A DNA stretch of 64,000 nucleotides from a virus (IMGVR_UViG_3300037455_000372:291393-355392), one strand, 5' to 3'. Numbered from the stretch's first letter, positions 38,859 to 48,513 are shown. Numbers and translations are program-made. Notes: a model not told the origin generated them from the sequence alone.

Positions 38859-39221
38859 ATGTCCAGTAATACCGTTCTTGCCTTTATCGTAGGCGCAGCG
38901 TGTGGTGCCGCCGTGACAGCCGGTATCATCGCGTTCTCCGACCCCACTCCGAAACCGGTATGCGCAAACGAGGTGTTCACGATTTGCCTTTATGAAACCC
39001 AGAACGGCGTGTTTGGCGAAGAGCACGTGACGAAGTCCGGCAAGGGTATCTGCAAGACTTACCCCATCAAGGAATACATCGTAGAGACGATGCACAGCCC
39101 GTTCTACGGCAAGCGCGTTGTCAAGCGCAGCGACCCGACGGAAACCTATATGTACAAGTCCAACGACTATATGAGAGCTGATATAGTCTGTACAGATTCC
39201 ATCAAGCCGAAGGAGCCGTAG
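38859..39221 (+). CDS. Hypothetical membrane-anchored protein
   Basis: N-terminal TM. Confidence 0.55.
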   Translation: MSSNTVLAFIVGAACGAAVTAGIIAFSDPTPKPVCANEVFTICLYETQNGVFGEEHVTKSGKGICKTYPIKEYIVETMHSPFYGKRVVKRSDPTETYMYKSNDYMRADIVCTDSIKPKEP

Positions 39222-39222
39222 G

Positions 39223-39702
39223 ATGTCGATTGATAACATTGTCGATTTCGAGATTGTCTTTATGAACTGCGACTCGGTTATGATTGACCCAGCCGCCGTC
39301 GTTTCGATGTCGTTCGAGGTGGAAAGCGAAAAGTATGAATGGAACCCTAAGAACCAAAGAATCGACTACGAACGGAACTTGAAATCTTTCAAGATGACGC
39401 TTGACCTGAACCGCTCGCAGCTGTTCCGCAGACGCTATATCACTGGGATGTTCGGCGAAGGCGTCGACAGCAGAAACGCAGACGGCGTGGCCGCCATTGA
39501 ACGCCTCAAGTCCTCGTCCGACATTACGGCCATCTACATACAAGGCACGAAGTATTCTATGCCTATCAAGTGGAAGGTCGACGGCGGCTCCGAAATCAAC
39601 TTGCTGCAGACCACGTCCGTTCTGACGACGACCGGAGGCTGTTACCAGCTGAACATCGACATCATCCCGGAATCCGAGTACGGGAAGATTTGCGTTTATT
39701 AG
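39223..39702 (+). CDS. Hypothetical protein
   Basis: 159-aa ORF with AGGAG RBS. Confidence 0.6.
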   Translation: MSIDNIVDFEIVFMNCDSVMIDPAAVVSMSFEVESEKYEWNPKNQRIDYERNLKSFKMTLDLNRSQLFRRRYITGMFGEGVDSRNADGVAAIERLKSSSDITAIYIQGTKYSMPIKWKVDGGSEINLLQTTSVLTTTGGCYQLNIDIIPESEYGKICVY

Positions 39703-39967
39703 ATTTCTTCCTCTTGCGCCTACGCTTCTCGGCCTCCGGGTCGACCATACCGGCCTCATACATTAGTCGACCGCACTGTATGGCCATCGCGATGCCCATA
39801 GGCGAAAGACCTTGCATATTCTTTATTCTCGCTCTCAGATACTCGATTCTGGCTATATTGGAAAATTTGGATGGATCGGTGGTCGCCAACGACCACCTTT
39901 TCCATATCTTCCGGGCTGCTGCCGCCATAGCGACTACTACGAGCACATTTTTAACGAGCTGGATCAT
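39662..39967 (-). CDS. Membrane-anchored basic protein (member of 5-gene cluster)
   Basis: MIQLVKNVLVVVAMAAAARKIWKR. Confidence 0.45.
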   Translation of the reverse strand: MIQLVKNVLVVVAMAAAARKIWKRWSLATTDPSKFSNIARIEYLRARIKNMQGLSPMGIAMAIQCGRLMYEAGMVDPEAEKRRRKRKKSNKRKSSRTRIPG

Positions 39968-40457
39968 TTCGTAAGTCCACATAACCACGGACCGATGGCC
40001 GTGTGTCTACACCGCAGTCCGGCATACGGACAAGCAGTTCGGCGTTGAGGCTGTTTATTGCCATCTGACGAAGCGTTTGCATCATCCCAAACGTCATATC
40101 GGAGGGAGTCACGTTGGAAAGATTAGTTTTTCCTTGCGGACACATAACAAAGACTCTCCAAAGTGTTCCTAACCGGTTGCATACCAGAGCTAGACTATTG
40201 TTGACACTGTATATTATGTCGTTACGCTGGGCTTCCGTAATGTGGTCACATTTGTATATCCCGATAAATTTAACGACTCCGCATCGTCTGACACATATAA
40301 AGAAGGCATCGCGCTTCGATTTGCGTGTATTGTGTTTCCCCGGAATCGGAAAATGGTATATGCGAGTTTTCAGCATTCGAATCGAATTGGCTATTCCTAA
40401 CCAAAGGAACGCCACCCAAGCTATCATATACAGTCGTTTACTGGCGTTGCGAATCAT
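39951..40457 (-). CDS. Membrane-anchored basic protein
   Basis: ..WVAFLWLGIANSIRMLKTR. Confidence 0.5.
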   Translation of the reverse strand: MIRNASKRLYMIAWVAFLWLGIANSIRMLKTRIYHFPIPGKHNTRKSKRDAFFICVRRCGVVKFIGIYKCDHITEAQRNDIIYSVNNSLALVCNRLGTLWRVFVMCPQGKTNLSNVTPSDMTFGMMQTLRQMAINSLNAELLVRMPDCGVDTRPSVRGYVDLRNDPAR

Positions 40458-41059
40458 TAGATACTCATTAGGGATTTACTGGTGAGGTCGTTATTCACAC
40501 GCTCACAGTTTCTGAGGTACAGTTCACGAGCGATATTTGCTAACAGGTTAAAGAAATCACGAATTATAGCCGGATGCACATAATATCCAACCACCAGTTT
40601 CGATTTAAATATGCGAAACGCCGAAAACGGAGGCTTGATCCGCACGCCGGCATCGTTCTCTCCGACGAAGAATTCCTCCTTGTCGTGGGGGATGCGCGTA
40701 ACGAACTTAACGGCGTACTCTTTCGCGTACCTAACGCAGTGGAAATAGCGCAGTGGAAACTCAACTTTCTCTAGTACAGTATTCATCGTGGTTTCCGACG
40801 AGTCCTTGATGTACTGAAGTTCGTACTTGTTGTTATATCGTACCTCGAACCCGTGGTCAGTGTAGATAACCTTCCTTGTCCGCTTGTTCTGGAAAGCCAA
40901 AACCAGTCTGGTACGATAGCGACCACCTACGGTTAACGGCTGGTTTCGGGAATTGATGTGGCGAGCGATCAATTTGCCATAGTTTTTTACCGCTCGGCGA
41001 ATCGCCCCGACTCCGAACCCAAGGTACACCAGATATTGAAACGCCTTGCACAGTGTCAT
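40457..41059 (-). CDS. Membrane-anchored basic protein
   Basis: GGAG RBS; MTLCKAFQYLVYLGFGVGAIRRAVK. Confidence 0.55.
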   Translation of the reverse strand: MTLCKAFQYLVYLGFGVGAIRRAVKNYGKLIARHINSRNQPLTVGGRYRTRLVLAFQNKRTRKVIYTDHGFEVRYNNKYELQYIKDSSETTMNTVLEKVEFPLRYFHCVRYAKEYAVKFVTRIPHDKEEFFVGENDAGVRIKPPFSAFRIFKSKLVVGYYVHPAIIRDFFNLLANIARELYLRNCERVNNDLTSKSLMSI

Positions 41060-41069
41060 AGCTACTCCA

Positions 41070-41642
41070 CTACACAAACACGTCGGGCGGATATAGTCCG
41101 TCAATTGTCATACGGCGGTACAAGCCGACCGCGAAATCCTTCATCACGCCATAGACGAACGACGACGGATATCCGTGCGTCTTGGCGAAATACGGTATGG
41201 AGTATATGTCCCTTATGGCCATTTTCACATAGCCGCCTCCGCCTTTCCGTATTTCTTTGACCTTCTCCGTCGCGTGACCGGGAATCCGGTCGAAAAGCTC
41301 TACGCGGACATTCTTGCCCAGCCTTCCGTCTACGATCTGCTCGTTTCCCCAGTCCTCTATCTTCTGTCCGTACTCATAGCGTCCGCCCGGTGCCGTACTA
41401 GGCATCTGGATTTCCCACCAAGTATAGAACTTTTCGTCGATGATCGTCGGGTCATCGTGCTGTACACGGAGACCGATGATGAAGATCTCCATTGGGATCT
41501 TCATCTCCCGAAGCTTCTTGCCCCACATCCCGCCCCAGTTCTTGCTGTACAGCGTGGTTATCATTTGACGCTTATCCATAATCTTCCGGACAGCGTTCAC
41601 AACCGTGAGGACTATTGCAACAATGGGAAATATCCGCTTCAT
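41070..41642 (-). CDS. Membrane-anchored basic protein
   Basis: MKRIFPIVAIVLTVVNAVRKIMDKR. Confidence 0.6.
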   Translation of the reverse strand: MKRIFPIVAIVLTVVNAVRKIMDKRQMITTLYSKNWGGMWGKKLREMKIPMEIFIIGLRVQHDDPTIIDEKFYTWWEIQMPSTAPGGRYEYGQKIEDWGNEQIVDGRLGKNVRVELFDRIPGHATEKVKEIRKGGGGYVKMAIRDIYSIPYFAKTHGYPSSFVYGVMKDFAVGLYRRMTIDGLYPPDVFV

Positions 41643-42208
41643 CAGTCCAGCCCCGTCACACAGTCCCTAGGTATCACTCCGTCGATGACGGACTTGTTGT
41701 ATATGAACTTGACCACATCCAGCAGCATTCCGCGAAGCTGCGGACGACCGCCCACACAGTGCGCGAGTTGGTATGTGCTGTACTCGTCCTTGATTCGCTT
41801 GAACCCCTTACGCGTGCGGCACGGCATCATCGCGTAGTCCGGTATGGTATCGACCAGCAACAGGACGTTGCCTTGCCCGAAACGGTTATTCCCGAACTGG
41901 TCTTCCACTATGGCCTTATGGGCGGCTAATGCCACGTCGAAATAGTAGTCGCCGTCTGGCAACCCCTTTCGCCTCACCTTAACGTCCGGAACATAGACCG
42001 TGAGGAACGAGTACAACAGTTCGCCACCCATTGCAACAGCCAGATACTTCCGATTCAGATTGATGCGGTACTTGCGGTATAGCTTGTACGAGTCGATGGA
42101 CGTTATGCGGTCGCCGTATAAGTTCGCTGCAAGGTTCCTCTTCCCAAGGACCTTCCTTACCACGTTGAACGCCGCCGCACCCAATGTTATCAAATGTAAA
42201 ATGTTCAT
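41642..42208 (-). CDS. Membrane-anchored basic protein
   Basis: MNILHLITLGAAAFNVVRKVLGKR. Confidence 0.6.
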   Translation of the reverse strand: MNILHLITLGAAAFNVVRKVLGKRNLAANLYGDRITSIDSYKLYRKYRINLNRKYLAVAMGGELLYSFLTVYVPDVKVRRKGLPDGDYYFDVALAAHKAIVEDQFGNNRFGQGNVLLLVDTIPDYAMMPCRTRKGFKRIKDEYSTYQLAHCVGGRPQLRGMLLDVVKFIYNKSVIDGVIPRDCVTGLD

Positions 42209-42283
42209 ACGTCAAAAAGAAATATAGCATATACAGTTACAAACTCAAACCGGATTGCTATATTTAAAGAAAACAGAGGAAAT

Positions 42284-43660
42284 ATGTCGAAAAAGAAGCA
42301 GATTAAGCTCGAAAAGGACAGCGTGTACACGCTCGTCACGCCGCAGTCATACGAGTCACTGGCCGACTTTATCGTAAAGAACGGCGAATACAAGTTTGTG
42401 AAGGATTACGAATACTTGTCCAAGGAAGGGGTCAGTTTCCTCTTGTCGGCCAACGTACTGACCGTCTACGACTGCATTTTCGACGTTTCCGCACTGACGA
42501 AGCAGCACCACCCGGAAACCGGCGCATATCTGACCCTCCTCAAGGGTTCCCTCGAAGGCGACAAGGACTCGATGTGGGTTATCCAGTTCCAACGCTGCCA
42601 GTTCTACACTATGCTGGACAAGGCGAACCCGAATGCGCACACCGCAGCGAGCCTCTGCCTCAACGAGAACTGCGTCTTCAGGAGCTGCAAGTTCTTCGAC
42701 GGCGCGACCATCCGCACCAAGAAACACATAGGCTTCTCCAACTGTAACGGCAGGGACGCGGTGTTCGTCGTGTCCGATGCCAGACCGTCGTCTTTCTATC
42801 TGGAAGGTCTCGGCTATAACGAACTGCTTCACCTGACGGTCAGGAACTTCCCCATCGTCGAGGTGGTGAAAGCGGACGGCTTGCCGAAGGATTTCTTTAT
42901 CGCCGACTCTTGCAAGGTCACGTTCGCAGACTGCAAGATAACCGGCGTACTGAACGAAATGCTCTCATACAACAGGTTCTACATAAACGGTATGCACTCC
43001 GGCTACCACAGTAACGCTCTGTACTTCAAGGACTGCGAAATCTCCGAGCCGATTCAAATCGGTAGCTCCATAGTACACTTCAACGCAATCGGCTCGAAGC
43101 TCGATAGCGTCCGCGTGACCAACAGCATAGTCAAGCTGCTCTACGCAGACGGAGCGTCCAACATTGTCAAGATGGATTGCAACAAGTGCATCTTCCAGAA
43201 CCCAAACGACCTAAAGAACTATACGCACGAAAACCTCAACCTGTTCCCGACCAAGTCGGTCGGCTACGGCAAGTTCAATCCGCTGACCCTCTACAAGAAG
43301 GTGTTTGCATATTCCAAGCTCAAGGCGTTCTTCCACGCCTACGGATCTAACAGGACGGAAATCATCGCCAAGCTCGAAGTGCCTCGTCACGCCGAACGCC
43401 ACGTCGACATCCAGTCCGGCAAGATCCGCGTCAGCGAGGCCGTCGTGACCCAGTTCTACACCTTCGACTACGGCAAACTCTCGGCGACATACGAGCCGGA
43501 CTTCTTCACGACAGTCCGCTCCCTCCACGACAAGAGCTTCAAGTACAAGGTCGGCAAGACAGTCAAGCCCAAGTACGGATTCGACAAGTCCGACGACGCT
43601 TGCGGGTCCGGCATCCACGGCTTCCTCACCCCGGAAGAGGCCATCAACTACGGCAGATGA
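42284..43660 (+). CDS. Beta-helix-like protein with C-terminal DUF5758-like domain
   Basis: Repeated F..C.(F/I) pattern; C-terminal KIRVSEA..YKVGKTV..FD..CGSGIHGFLT..EA..Y. Confidence 0.65.
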   Translation: MSKKKQIKLEKDSVYTLVTPQSYESLADFIVKNGEYKFVKDYEYLSKEGVSFLLSANVLTVYDCIFDVSALTKQHHPETGAYLTLLKGSLEGDKDSMWVIQFQRCQFYTMLDKANPNAHTAASLCLNENCVFRSCKFFDGATIRTKKHIGFSNCNGRDAVFVVSDARPSSFYLEGLGYNELLHLTVRNFPIVEVVKADGLPKDFFIADSCKVTFADCKITGVLNEMLSYNRFYINGMHSGYHSNALYFKDCEISEPIQIGSSIVHFNAIGSKLDSVRVTNSIVKLLYADGASNIVKMDCNKCIFQNPNDLKNYTHENLNLFPTKSVGYGKFNPLTLYKKVFAYSKLKAFFHAYGSNRTEIIAKLEVPRHAERHVDIQSGKIRVSEAVVTQFYTFDYGKLSATYEPDFFTTVRSLHDKSFKYKVGKTVKPKYGFDKSDDACGSGIHGFLTPEEAINYGR

Positions 43661-43663
43661 CAT

Positions 43664-43999
43664 ATGTCCAAGAAGACGTACACAGAGAGGAAAGCCTTGG
43701 AACTGCTCTCGCTGCCGTGCCTCGGCTACCACACGTATTCGCCCGACGGGAACGAGTTCGACTGCGAATACCAAGCCGAATGCATCTGCGAGGACTGCAT
43801 CTGCAACTTCGGCGAATGCCACGGCCACATCGACCCCAGAACCAACCACCACGTCTCCCAGAAGATCCTCGACAAGATGCGGGAAATCTACTCCCTGCCG
43901 TTCCGGCGGATGAAGGACAACCCGCTACCCCCGGAAGAGTTCAGGAAGTACCTAGAAGACCTCCAATACTGGAAATATCCAACGCCGTACAAAGGGTAA
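43664..43999 (+). CDS. Cys-rich hypothetical protein (possible Zn-binding)
   Basis: C..Y...C.C.DC.CN...C.G. Confidence 0.6.
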   Translation: MSKKTYTERKALELLSLPCLGYHTYSPDGNEFDCEYQAECICEDCICNFGECHGHIDPRTNHHVSQKILDKMREIYSLPFRRMKDNPLPPEEFRKYLEDLQYWKYPTPYKG

Positions 44000-44002
44000 C
44001 CT

Positions 44003-44197
44003 ATGTCCAAGAAGATAAGGGTCTCCGAGGCCGTCGTGGCCGGTTTCTACGATATGGAACATAAGGAGATAAAGCTCTCGAAACTCCACCGCCTCCTGAA
44101 GCCGCTACAACCGTTCGCCGACAACGACGACACTTGCGCATCCGGAATCCACGGGTTCGTCGAATTCGACGACGCGGTATCGTATAGCTGGCCGTAG
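44003..44197 (+). CDS. Short DUF5758-like paralog (internally deleted copy)
   Basis: KIRVSEAVV and CASGIHGF match the C-terminus of 42284-43660. Confidence 0.55.
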   Translation: MSKKIRVSEAVVAGFYDMEHKEIKLSKLHRLLKPLQPFADNDDTCASGIHGFVEFDDAVSYSWP

Positions 44198-44260
44198 AAT
44201 ATGAAGGCTAAGAACCCATATTCTATCTCCGAACCAAAGAAACGGACCAATTTTAATTAA

Positions 44261-46105
44261 TCACTTTCTACTAGAAAGGGGGTGGGCGTTTAATCGGCCA
44301 CTTTGTTTTGGCATATCCTTTACCAGTTCATCGTATATGCCTCTTTTCTTTGCCGTATATGATTCGGTTCTGAATTTCTTGTTAAACTCGGTCCTACTTT
44401 TGCATTGACGGATACAGTCCTTGATGCGGTCTACCGTGATATCATCCGCCTTGGTATAACTACGCGGTAACCGTTCCAACAAGTCGTCCCAGTGGTTCCG
44501 ATGTGCAGTCCCGTATTCTGAAGGATATTCTTTCAGGAATTGGGCATAGGTACCGCACTTGCTTATAGCCTGTTCTACATCGGAACGAGTCACTTCGCTT
44601 CGCCTTTTATGCTCTAAAGTAGCCGAGACGGCTTTATATAACCCATATCGCTTTATTTGGGAATAGAGATTCTTGTCTGCACGGAGTTCTGCAAGGGTCG
44701 TATATTTGCGTTCTACAGTTTCAAGCAGCTCGGTTCGCTTGGCCGCCTTCTTACGTTGCTTGGTTTCAGCTTTCTCAACAGATTTCTGGCGGTCCCTCTC
44801 GGCTCGCCTCAGCGCAGAAATTTCCTCAACTGGCTTCAATAATCCCTTCCCCAGTCTAGTTAGACGGTTCGTGGTTATACCTAGCCTAGACGCGGCAGAA
44901 CGTTTAGTCAGTGTACCTTCGTTCACTAAGGCGATGACTTCGTCAAACCCATCCGGTAGTTCCGGCTTTACCGAACGGTCTAACCGGTTCAGCATATGGC
45001 ACAACCCACGGCGCGACATATATTTGTATTCCTTTGGATATGACGTCTTAAATTCTATAAATGTGGTACATTTTCTTATTATGCTGGCTAAATAGTCTAT
45101 CGAATATTTAACCGTGCTTGAGAATTTTGGTAACCGTGACCACACTTGCTCATATAGATTACGCTGCGATACGATGGTATACAACCTCTTACCGTGTTTA
45201 CGCAAATCGCTGTATGTACTGAACCTAGAAAATATCTCGTTCAATATTTCCTCGTCACTCCGGGTGTCAACTCGCCGTTCGCCTACATATCCACCAATAC
45301 TCCCACCGGGATGACGGTTTATGACCGTATATCCGGCGTTTCTGTGCTCTTCTATGCATTTACGCTCGTATTCGGCGGCCTCGTGGCTGTATAGACCAGT
45401 TTTCAGCTTCTCTATCTTGAACGTGCAGCCAGTATCGTCAAGATACCGCTTAACAGGACTGGTGTCACGTTTCTTATATTCCTCAGATATTCGACGCTTG
45501 TAATTGCTTGTTAAACCGATGTAGACAGCTCCGGTCTCTATAAATGTCCACTTGTAGATACACCATATAGGTTGTTCATCTTCTCTTCTTGGATAATAAG
45601 GCAACCCAGATAGCAGATCGTCCCAACCCCTTTTATGCAGCTTTGCATATGCACTTCGATATTGGTTACGGAACTCAAACTGGCTTTTACACCTAGAGAT
45701 AAGATCTCGTAAATAGTCCTTGGTATATACTGGACGAGAGGCCGGATGTATATAACCTGGCTGATGGGTTGGCAGTAAGTCCAGTAGGTCTTTCCACCCG
45801 TTACGCTTCATAGCGTCATAGGCACAACAATGGTTGCGCCGGAAGTCCTTGCCGCTGGTACAGGTCTTTATTACAGCTTCGATACGTTCCTTCGTCCAAG
45901 GTTGGGGATTCTGCTTACTTGTTCCTATAAATGGCTGAATCGCGGGAATGTTCTGGTACGTAGGTAGTACCGACTTCAAATCATCCCAATGGTTGCGCTT
46001 CATTATCTCGAACGCACCACTATAGCGTCGTCTAAAGTCTTTTACGCTTGTACAAGTCTTCAGTACATTGGTTATGGTTTCTCGTGTCCATTTCGAGCTT
46101 TTCAT
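44261..46105 (-). CDS. Free-standing GIY-YIG homing-endonuclease-like protein with tandem helical repeats
   Basis: WCIYKW..AVYIGLTSN..RR..E, E..CI...IN; ~8 repeats of T.E.I...I..C.(S/T)..(D/E)F...Y..AY....R..W.DL...LP; AT-richer codon use than neighbours. Confidence 0.8.
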   Translation of the reverse strand: MKSSKWTRETITNVLKTCTSVKDFRRRYSGAFEIMKRNHWDDLKSVLPTYQNIPAIQPFIGTSKQNPQPWTKERIEAVIKTCTSGKDFRRNHCCAYDAMKRNGWKDLLDLLPTHQPGYIHPASRPVYTKDYLRDLISRCKSQFEFRNQYRSAYAKLHKRGWDDLLSGLPYYPRREDEQPIWCIYKWTFIETGAVYIGLTSNYKRRISEEYKKRDTSPVKRYLDDTGCTFKIEKLKTGLYSHEAAEYERKCIEEHRNAGYTVINRHPGGSIGGYVGERRVDTRSDEEILNEIFSRFSTYSDLRKHGKRLYTIVSQRNLYEQVWSRLPKFSSTVKYSIDYLASIIRKCTTFIEFKTSYPKEYKYMSRRGLCHMLNRLDRSVKPELPDGFDEVIALVNEGTLTKRSAASRLGITTNRLTRLGKGLLKPVEEISALRRAERDRQKSVEKAETKQRKKAAKRTELLETVERKYTTLAELRADKNLYSQIKRYGLYKAVSATLEHKRRSEVTRSDVEQAISKCGTYAQFLKEYPSEYGTAHRNHWDDLLERLPRSYTKADDITVDRIKDCIRQCKSRTEFNKKFRTESYTAKKRGIYDELVKDMPKQSGRLNAHPLSSRK

Positions 46106-46130
46106 ATTACTCCTATAAGGGGTTCCGTAT

Positions 46131-46780
46131 GCCCCCCCCCCCAAAAAAAATTTTTTCAGACGGCCACATCGTGGTTTGTTTTTAACGGCGGTGGGGTCTG
46201 TATTAAACTAGTTTAAAATACCCATACCCCCCCTATATAGTACGCGTTTTTCCATACCCAAAAGTTTATACTTATAAAAACTATTTTTTCGTGACAATGT
46301 TTTTTCTTTAATTTTTCGCGGCATATCCTGTACACCACAGCTGGAACCAGTCCGCCAACCAGTCCCCTCGGTGGGAACCGGCTGGCAACCAGTCCGAACT
46401 GGTCGGACCCGGTCTCAACTGGCTGGGAAATGGTGGGAACCAGTTGGCCACCGGCATGAACTGGTCTGCCACAGGCCGCGAGCGTAAACCACAAGCAGAA
46501 ACTACTGCTCAAACGTGCCTTACGGCGAAATTAGCCCAGACTAACTTAGCCCTGGCTAACTGATGGGGGTGGATAGGTATGGGGTCAAGGGTCAGCCGTG
46601 GGGGGTATGGGTCAGCGGTCGCCACCACGAGCCACGCAGTCCCACGATGGGGGAGCGGTGGGCAGATGTAACACCCTAGCACGAAAGAGCCTAGAGAACC
46701 CCCTTACGGCGAAAATGGCTCGCAGAAAGTCTGCACCTACTGACTGGACCGGTCCGGGCTTCCCCCTACGGCGAATCTCT
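46131..46780. repeat. Non-coding junction with homopolymers, short AACCAGTCC/AACTGG repeats, TACGGCGAA x3 and G-runs
   Basis: C-run/A-run/T-run at ~46132-46156; nested AACC(A/G)G / AACTGG units 46340-46470; TACGGCGAA at 46521, 46705, 46767. Confidence 0.7.
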
Positions 46781-46924
46781 CGTATGTCGAAAGGCGGTTG
46801 CCCAAGACCAATGAGCCTAGAGGCGGTTACCCCACTGCCTAGGTTCAAATGGGTTTCCCCTAACCGACTATCCAAATGATGTAAGGCAATGGAGCCTTAC
46901 GAAAGCTCAAAAGGAGTTAAGCTT

Positions 46925-47701
46925 ATGATGTTCAAGGTCAATGAAGACGCTATCGTGAAAAACACCTTCGCTCGTATGGAATACAGCGGTGACTATACGA
47001 CCTATATGGTCAAAAAGGCTCGCGACTTGTCCAAGTTCCCCCAAGTGTGTGCCAAGATGGACGAAATGGGTCTGAACATTCCGACCGTTGGCGCACCGAA
47101 CCCCTACCGCTCGGTCATCAAGGAACAGACCTATCCGATTCAGCTCGGCGGTTCTCTCTCTTACACCAAGATGCAAGAGAAGAAGCTCGACCGCAACGGC
47201 TTCGAGGGTGCTACCTACGAACCGAAGTATCGCAAGCCTCACAAGTTCCCCCTCTACAAGGAACTGATTTACCTCGGTATGGATATGCAGACCATTTACT
47301 TCACGGCCTATCCGACCCAAGACGGCAAGGAAAAGCCCAAGGCAAAATGGATTGTTGACGGCCACCCCACTTCAAAATATGTTTTGTTGCCGTGGGCAAA
47401 GTCCGATGACTTCAAGCTTTGGACTGAAGGTCTCGTAACAAAGTCTGTTTTCAAGGACGGCGACGGCAACGCTATCCTTGACAAGGACGGCGAAGAAATT
47501 TCTTTGCGTGAGTTCATTGAAGTCAAGTTTGAAAACTGCAAGATTTTGGTGAACGGCACGGACATCAAGGAAAAATTCTTCTACGATGACAAGTTCTACA
47601 CCGATGAAGAATTGGTCGCTATGCGTGACGCTTACATTGAAAAGACCGAAAAGGAATTTGAACGTAAGCACCGCGAATGGGAACTTTCCCAAAAGGGTTA
47701 A
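46925..47701 (+). CDS. Hypothetical protein (first cassette gene)
   Basis: GGAGTTAAGC RBS; terminator hairpin at 47705-47727. Confidence 0.75.
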   Translation: MMFKVNEDAIVKNTFARMEYSGDYTTYMVKKARDLSKFPQVCAKMDEMGLNIPTVGAPNPYRSVIKEQTYPIQLGGSLSYTKMQEKKLDRNGFEGATYEPKYRKPHKFPLYKELIYLGMDMQTIYFTAYPTQDGKEKPKAKWIVDGHPTSKYVLLPWAKSDDFKLWTEGLVTKSVFKDGDGNAILDKDGEEISLREFIEVKFENCKILVNGTDIKEKFFYDDKFYTDEELVAMRDAYIEKTEKEFERKHREWELSQKG

Positions 47702-48106
47702 TCAAGGGGGGTAAAACCCCCTTTTTCCGTTTTATTTAATTTTTGAGCCTAAAACCTATGGTTTTGGGCTTTTTGTTTTTTGGTTTTATTTATCCGCTAA
47801 AGGTTAATTTTTAAGGCTCTAAAATGCGTTTTTGGTGCCGTTTTTTCGTGTTGGGGGTATATCCGCACCGATTTATAATTTTAAAGGCTATGGACGACAC
47901 AAATAGAGCCGTTTTTATTGTTTTCGTGTATTGTGGAGCCGTTTAAATGGTTCTATGGGCAAATATACGGATATAAATTTTAGACGCTCAGACGGCCTGG
48001 ATTTTTATATCCGGGGCTTCCGGACTGACTGGATCGGTCCGGGTCTCCCCTCGTTGCGTATGCCTAGGGTGTAAGCAATGGTGCTTACGAGCAAGGAGTT
48101 AAGCAA

Positions 48107-48367
48107 ATGTCCAAGTGTATCAAAATGAACTCGGAATATATCCGCAAGTTGGCTATTAAGCAGTGGGAAAAAGAAGGCCGTCAAGGTGCATTTTTACGCA
48201 CCTATGTAGACCCAAACGGCAAAATCTACTTTGACACAATGACAAACCGCTTTGAGCTTGTCGGCTGGGTTATCGCCAAAGTAAAGGGTATTTGGAAGCT
48301 CTTGACGAGCGAAGAGAAGGAAAAGGCCGACCTTGCCAAGCTCTTTGCAGCTATGGGCAATGCATAA
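48107..48367 (+). CDS. Hypothetical protein
   Basis: Cassette element and RBS upstream. Confidence 0.7.
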   Translation: MSKCIKMNSEYIRKLAIKQWEKEGRQGAFLRTYVDPNGKIYFDTMTNRFELVGWVIAKVKGIWKLLTSEEKEKADLAKLFAAMGNA

Positions 48368-48513
48368 CCAAGGAACCGCCAAAGCCGCCTAAAGGCGGCT
48401 TTCCTAGGGGCAAGGGAGAGAAGCCACTGACTGCCACGGCACGGGCTTCCCCCAGCCTCCTATCACACCTATGTAAGCGATAAGGCTTACGAAAGAAAAC
48501 GGAGTTAAGCAAT

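Noticed and set aside
46851-46860. GGGTTTCCCC resembles a eukaryotic NF-kB site
   Set aside because: Prokaryotic/phage context with Shine-Dalgarno sequences; the resemblance is coincidental to a hairpin core.
46213-46879. Short ORFs across the junction (46213-46512, 46598-46879, 46612-46875)
   Set aside because: No RBS; composition is dictated by repeats and G-runs.
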